Shown here: piece after piece, positions 56,761 to 64,000 of the stretch
Position numbering within the stretch: position 1 is the first letter of the stretch
Layout: the number at the start of each line of letters is the position of its first letter
Source of the DNA: Octopus vulgaris
Lineage: Eukaryota
Assembly: GCA_951406725.2 (NCBI GenBank)
Contig: OX597818.1
Span: forward strand, 74,276,001 to 74,340,000
DNA length: 64,000 nucleotides
Direction: 5' to 3'
Notes under the pieces: model-generated
Seen by the model: the letters and a program-made list of their open reading frames with translations, nothing else
The model's database searches: none
Told to the model about the DNA's origin: nothing
Program-made: the position numbers and the translations under genes

Positions 56761-58428
56761 CCTAGGTGTAGACGAAGAATGAGATGTATAGTTAATAATT
56801 CATAGTCTCACTTAGTCACACTTGGGAATCCAGCAGGTAAGTCTAATGAGAATTGCTGCTAACAGTACCCATGCATGAGGTGTCTGAGAACACTACCACG
56901 AATATTGGGCAAAGAAGATGGATGATGGATAGAATAGAAATTTTGACGAGGATGTTATCGCCAAACCGTCCGTCTTGCAAAGAGGAAATTTCAGAAATAA
57001 CATTGCCTCGACAGACACACAAACACTGAGCTGTTTATTAAGTTCCAACACCCAAGAAAATACCATTGGTTTGTTGAATAACGTTTGTTCAAATTGTGGA
57101 AAGATTAACAAACTTATGAGTGCCAGTATACCTGCTACTGATGTTGCCGTTCCTACCCAGTGAAAGATTCTATCCCGCATTCAAAGTAAGATCATGTGAC
57201 TTATTTGCAGCAAAGTTTGCTCCTTTCAATTTGTAAGCTACCAACCATTCTAATATATGTGCTGACACATCTGACAGTCCACATCTGTTCACTAAAAGTT
57301 ATTTGAAATGCTTCCCCACTGAATCTTTTCTACCCAGTATTCTTTCCTTGGTAGTTCTTCACCTAATTCATATTTTCTTATCATTAACAACATCAACTGA
57401 AAATTAAGCCCTCCTAACAAACTAAGCGCTCCTAACAAAACTATACAACAACCACCACCACCACCTAATTAGATAATAGAAAACTAAGATATACAATATT
57501 AACGATTCTTACAATGGAGATTTTTTCTTCCACGGTCAGTTAATTTTTTTTTAACTGAGCGCTAATATACTTCATGGATTAAGCAAAGAAAAAATTAGTA
57601 ATGAAATTTAAAACGTAATATTGAAGAAACAGCATTGTTTCAATAATCATTTCTGATGAAGAAAGGTCAAGGACACAGGCCCATCACACTGGGATTTGAA
57701 ATTAATTTAAAATACACTGGGGAGTTAGCCATTCGAGAGAATCGATTTTGAGTCTACTTACGAGGACAAGATTGCAACGTCAACAGTATGCTATTATGTC
57801 AGCCTTTTGAAGTCTTTTACATTCACAGACATAGAAACGATAAAAAAAAAAAACAGGACTGTGAACATTTAATTTAAAAGACAGATTGGCATTACAGGAA
57901 TTTGTATTGATTTATCGTGTCGTATATTATCTGCTTCGTCTTGTTTAGTATGCAACAATGAGGACTGGATAGCAGTCATTCACTAAAAGTACATATAAGA
58001 AATTGACATGGAATAAAATGTGTTTGAATAACTAATTTAAGTAAGCGTATTTGAAAAATTTGAATAATGTAATAGTGTGGACAGTAGAGATTAATCTGAA
58101 GGCACGGAGTGGAAGAGTGAGATAAGCTTGTTAATGAATTGGAGGAAAAAAGTGTTTTACTTGTATGAAAGAAGTATTTTGTTAGAAAGGGAAAGATGTA
58201 TATAGTCTGTTCAGTCTGCACATAGAATATCAAATGAGAAATTTGCATATGAAAGATGTTAAATATGTATTAGAAATAATTGATAAAAAATGTTAAGGAG
58301 AGAATATGATTTCAAAATTGAATAATCTTTTAATTTTCAATACATACAAACACACACAACACACACATACGTATACATATATATGTCTTTGTGAGTGTGT
58401 GTGTGTGTTTGTGCGTGTGCGATCATAC

Positions 58429-58512
<84 letters not shown>

Positions 58513-58789
58513 CAGAGAGACAGACACACGGACAGACAGACACAGTGTATGGTTGTGTGAGAGAGAAAGAGAGAGAGAAATACAGACGTGTGTGTATGCC
58601 ATTATTTCATATCGTACGCCTTTTACCATAGACAGTGATGTGCCTTATATTTCTAGTTTTCTGAAGGTCATTTGTCATGTCTTACAAGATGAAGTCCACC
58701 GGCCATGACTTGTTTTGTAGAGCTGAGTTAAAGAAAACTGTATTATTTCCAAACCACTGACCTGGGCCGAACATATATATATATATATA

Positions 58790-59012
58790 TTTCTTTACTA
58801 CCCACAAGGGGCTAAACACAGAGAGGACAAACAAGGACAGACAAAGAGATTAAGTCGATTACATCGACCCCAGTGCGTAACTGGTACTTAATTTATCGAC
58901 CCCGAAAGGATGAAAGGCAAAGTCGACCTCGGCGGAATTTGAACTCAGAATGTAACGGCAGACGAAATACGTCTACTCATTTCGCCCGGCGTGCTAATGC
59001 TTCTGTCAGCTG
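58790..59012 (-). mobile_element. Nin/Deu-like SINE
   Basis: Near-identical to 29420-29635 in reverse orientation. Confidence 0.9.
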
Positions 59013-60432
59013 GGCCGAATATATATATTAGGTAGACTCTACTGAAGACACTGAAAGTCCAAGAATTACATGAACTAATCGTGATCAAGTGCAGTTTATC
59101 GCACAGGTTTCTTGATGTGCTACAAGAATGACGAAATAATCACTTTTTGGTTGTGATATTAATATTTCAAAGATAGTTTTCCTATTGCAGAACCGGAATT
59201 GAATGCGATTTTGTAACTAAATGATAATTTTACATATAAACATACCTCCTACAGCTTTATTCAACGTGTCCGTAACCGACCCTAAATATATACAGGTGGG
59301 CGGATTTAAGTAATATATTGCTAAATGTCCCAACCTTAGACACAATCAAGGAGTGAAAATAGGATACGAACCACAGTCTTCTTGCCTAGCGTTTCGGTAC
59401 TGTTTTGTCCCAGGTATTCACTTGATTAGTTGGTACTGACGATTAAATTCTTCAAAAATGGAGAATAGCTTCTTAACTTGCATATATTTACATATGTATA
59501 CATATATATATATATATTTACATATAACATATTTACTTTCTCATAAATATTGCATTTTTCATAAATATTGCATTTTAATAGGTTGAGCTGCAAGCAGCTA
59601 AATTTTAAGTTTCTTTTTGTACATGAAGTTATGAAATACATTTATGGATCTTATGGTATTTTGAAGCATTGAATTCGCATTTTATTCAAATCGGGTTTAA
59701 AACATTCCATCATAATTTGAAACAAGATCTAACTTTTCCTTGCTTTTTCCTTGTTATTTAATCCAAGGAGAAATAATTGCAGCGATCATCTTTCATAATT
59801 GAACGATGGACGAATTATCAGTTGATATTTTCTCCATCACTGTCTAATGCAATACTATTATTAGTCAATCATACAAGGATTATGTTTAAAAAGAGAAGTA
59901 TCTTCCAAAGGAAGTCAGTCCCATCGATCATGTTAAACAACGCTAGACAACTAAAATATTCACAACTCAATGTGAAGTTTAATGAAGCACACAGCGTGGG
60001 TGAAACTCCGAGCGCTGGCAATCTGGATAATTAGTATCGAACGCATGAATAAACAGTACTACGTTTAATAAAAGAAAACATAGCAGCCGTCACTGGCAAG
60101 CATGTAGAACTTTGTAGAATGTACTATGCGTTCGCTAACAAATTTAGGTTCTTCTGTAATCACGGGGAGTCAGACAACATTTTCACACCTCACATCCTTA
60201 ACACAATGGGATACATAAAATGTGACAAATAGAGAGAATTATTACAACACCTATATTCATTTTCTGAAGCAACGACATAAAATCTGCGTTGGTCGAGGAC
60301 ACAATGGGCTACCTGGACCAAATATCAAACACAAAGTTTTGTTCTTGAGCACAATTGTCTGATAGCACAAGTGTTATATATATGGAATATTTTCTAATTT
60401 GTTAGCTAAATCGCGTTTATATATCAGTGTAT

Positions 60433-60482
<50 letters not shown>

Positions 60483-60484
<2 letters not shown>

Positions 60485-60840
60485 TCAAGGAATGGCAATC
60501 AAGGAATGGCCATAATAGGCCATTCACCCACTAGAAATAACAGCCAAAGCTTCAACCGCAAAATAACATTAATTCGCAAACCAGGAGAAAATTAAAAAAA
60601 CATTTACCCTGTAATTTCTTATACGATGCACCGTTTCATCTATTGTTTAATGGTAAACTAACCTGATTAAATTAAATCAAGCCAATCTTCCATAGGCCGA
60701 TAGATTCGTCAGTAAGAAACAGCCAGATCCGAGCAGATATTCAGATAGCTAAACGAGGATCTCTATCCTGCCTCGGCAATATCTGACCTAAAATTTTCAA
60801 ATCATCGCACTCGCGCCAAATTTATCGGCAGCAAATATAA
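60483..60840 (-). mobile_element. Second member of the 27314 family, with an intact hammerhead at 60615-60719
   Basis: tttctta CTGACGA atctat...atagat GAAA cggtgcatcg TA taagaaa. Its 3' end abuts (TA)n. Confidence 0.85.
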
Positions 60841-61084
60841 ATGAATTTAAGATTGTTATAGGTTGTTATATTTTGGAATATGTAATAAACAATATAGGTT
60901 GAAATAATATGAATGTGAGAAACAGTTTTTGGATGTATACTCATGTATTGTGAAACGATATGATTGTAATAATATATCATTGAGAATATTTAATCAAGTG
61001 TACTGCAAAAGAAATAAAGAAATTGCATATATATACATGTGTGTGTGTACGCGTGTATGTATACGTGTGTATGCGCGGGTGTAT

Positions 61085-61277
61085 ACTCTTTTACTCTTTT
61101 GCTTGTTTCAGTCATGTGACTCTGACCATGCTGGAACACTGCCTTTAGTCGAGAAAATCGACACCAGGACTTATTCTTTGTAAGCAGGTTACTTATTCTA
61201 TAAGTTACGGGGACGTAAACACACCACCATCAGTTGTCAAGCGATGTTGGGGGGGACAAACACAGACACAGAAACGT

Positions 61278-61337
<60 letters not shown>

Positions 61338-61955
61338 CTGTTCATCAAATAGTAGTAATTGGCATTTAGTTGTGACAATGCTGTTTTCTACATAAATTCC
61401 TTATATGGAGCTCTGACATCCCCTTTACCCCATTTCTATAATTAGAAAAATCTTTATTGTCTCCTTTCATTTGTTCTTCCTTCTCAGAATCTTACAGTAG
61501 TCTGGAACAATTGAATCTTAGTCAGTCAGTTGATGGGCTCCACTACCTCAAATGTTCTTAAAATTTAAATCCACATCTTTGTCTATATATCTACCTTCTC
61601 TATAATGTTGCCACTTGATATGAACATTTTTGTATTAATGGAAAACCTCTATAATTGGCTGATGAGTGCTCAGCATTTTACAACTGTTGTAATACTTACA
61701 ACATTTAATAAAGTGATGTAGTACGAAACGATCATACCAAATTACCGGAGTCATTCTTGTTGCTTATTTTGATTATACATATACATATATACGACGGGCT
61801 TCTTTCAGTTTCCATCTACCAAATCCTCTCACAAGGTTTTGGTCGGCTTGACACTATAGTAGAAGACACTTGCCAAAGGTGCCACGCTGTGGGACTGAAC
61901 CCGGAACCATGTAGATCGTAAGCAAGCTACTTACCACACAGCCACTCCTACGCCT
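61085..61955 (-). mobile_element. Abundant SINE split by an insertion in its internal microsatellite
   Basis: Head half at 61790-61955, tail half at 61085-61275. Confidence 0.85.
61655..61740 (+). ncRNA. Type I hammerhead motif, canonical core, in the 61338-61780 insert
   Basis: ttgg CTGATGA gtgct...agtac GAAA cgatca TA ccaa. Confidence 0.8.
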
Positions 61956-62064
61956 AAGCCATTCCCACGCCTGTTTATGTTTTGTATATATGTATATTTA
62001 TATACTGACATAGAAGTTTATATATATATATATATATATGAATATATATATGTATATATATATG

Positions 62065-62109
<45 letters not shown>

Positions 62110-62117
62110 TATATATA

Positions 62118-62183
<66 letters not shown>

Positions 62184-62288
62184 GGATAATTCACGAATGG
62201 AACAAAAGACGAAGACAGGTGGTGTAGAAAAGAAACAGATGTATTAGTGTAACGCTTGGAAATTGAAAAAGTCTTTAACATTTCGAGC

Positions 62289-62334
<46 letters not shown>

Positions 62335-62436
62335 AAAAGTGATAAGAAACGAATGAGACATTCTCGATATTAGATAAATAGGGAATTATTTATATATATA
62401 TATATGATAATAAAGAAAAAACATTAAGTTGTCATT

Positions 62437-62495
62437 ACAGTACTCGGAGTTTCGAATGTCGGATCAAAGAGCTACGATGCACTTTTGTCGGCTGT
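62437..62495 (-). ncRNA. Decayed U4C-type hammerhead motif related to 42320-42382
   Basis: acag CCGACAA aagtg..cattc GAAA ctccgag TA ctgt. Downstream sequence resembles 42225-42300. Confidence 0.55.
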
Positions 62496-62873
62496 TAATA
62501 GCAGTAGACACCAATGAAAAACCGTTGATTAAAAGTGAAGTGAATCTAATAGGTAGGAAAAGAAAAATGAAAAAAGATGAAAATATAGGCAAACATATTC
62601 TCACAATACATATACATTTAACCACCCGTATTCATAGCGTCTATATACGTATCCACTCACACAAACATGTATACGTATATGCACATAAATACACAAACAT
62701 ATATGTGCATGTACATACTCATTCATACACACATATCCACGCACACATGTATATATATATGTATACCTGAACGCAAATTCAACCTCATATATAAATATAG
62801 GTGTTTGCATGCATACACAAATCATAATACATATAATACATATATATACAGACATACATTCACATTCCCGCAT

Positions 62874-63006
<133 letters not shown>

Positions 63007-63054
63007 CCACGTCCTCGCGTTGCTGTGTTTTTTTTATGCTTTCATGTTTGGATT

Positions 63055-63143
<89 letters not shown>

Positions 63144-63368
63144 CATCCTCGTAGAAAACTGATGAAAATACACGAGCGACGGGGTCAGATTCACAGTTAA
63201 TGAAGATAATTACGAAATTAATACGCCTTTTATATGCTTTCACATTTACATAGATATACGTAGGTGAGAACATCAATTAATTCAGCTCAACTGATGCTTA
63301 TTAATCCGTCTAACTATAAGTACATATCATACTACATACATGTACAAACACACACATATGTGTGTATG

Positions 63369-63432
<64 letters not shown>

Positions 63433-63462
63433 CATAGATGCATATATATATATATTTATATA

Positions 63463-63526
<64 letters not shown>

Positions 63527-63563
63527 AGAGAGATACATAGATGCATATATATATATTTATATA

Positions 63564-63604
<41 letters not shown>

Positions 63605-63855
63605 TGACATCTATATTGGTATATCATAGATAATATCTCATTTATTCATTTTGTTACTACTGACGCTATATCACGTTTGTGACGCTATGCATTTATGTAT
63701 GCATGTATGTATATATATATATACATACATAACATATACCTATACATAACATTTTTTTTTAAATATGCTATGTCTTATGAATTTTATTTATGCACGCCAA
63801 CCACTAGTAATATATCAATTTGATTTATTACCCCGTATTTACGATAGTTTTATAT

Positions 63856-63930
<75 letters not shown>

Positions 63931-64000
63931 ATATATATATATATATAGGTTTGTGTTTGTATATATGTATGTATATATGTATGGTAGAAATTCTTTCTTT

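Noticed and set aside
57648-57712. CTGATGA...GAAA ttaatt
   Set aside because: Helix II is unconvincing, helix I has at most 3 A-U pairs, and there is no repeat context.

Overview
AT-rich, microsatellite-saturated eukaryotic DNA, probably from an octopod cephalopod judging by the SINE families (inference). No host protein-coding gene can be called with confidence. Nearly all ORF-track entries are translations of (TA)n/(CA)n repeats. The real content is transposon-derived: five larger Penelope-like element (PLE) remnants with RT and GIY-YIG motifs, three tRNA-derived SINE families, RTE-type LINE fragments, Tc1, mariner and maT fragments, Helitron-like elements and a MITE. The main observation is a dense population of about 20 minimal type I hammerhead ribozyme (HHR) motifs. 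They belong to many PLE or PLE-derived non-autonomous families, and most point toward a (TA)n tract roughly 40-300 nt downstream. Their cores include canonical C3-G8, compensatory U3-A8 and G3-C8 pairs, and recurrent U4C and A6U variants. Most have family-specific palindromic helix III sequences. Some occur as back-to-back inverted pairs, and one as a terminally redundant, retrozyme-like 481-bp unit. All structures were folded by eye and none has been tested for activity. Two pairs of diverged segments about 39-41 kb apart suggest an old tandem duplication.
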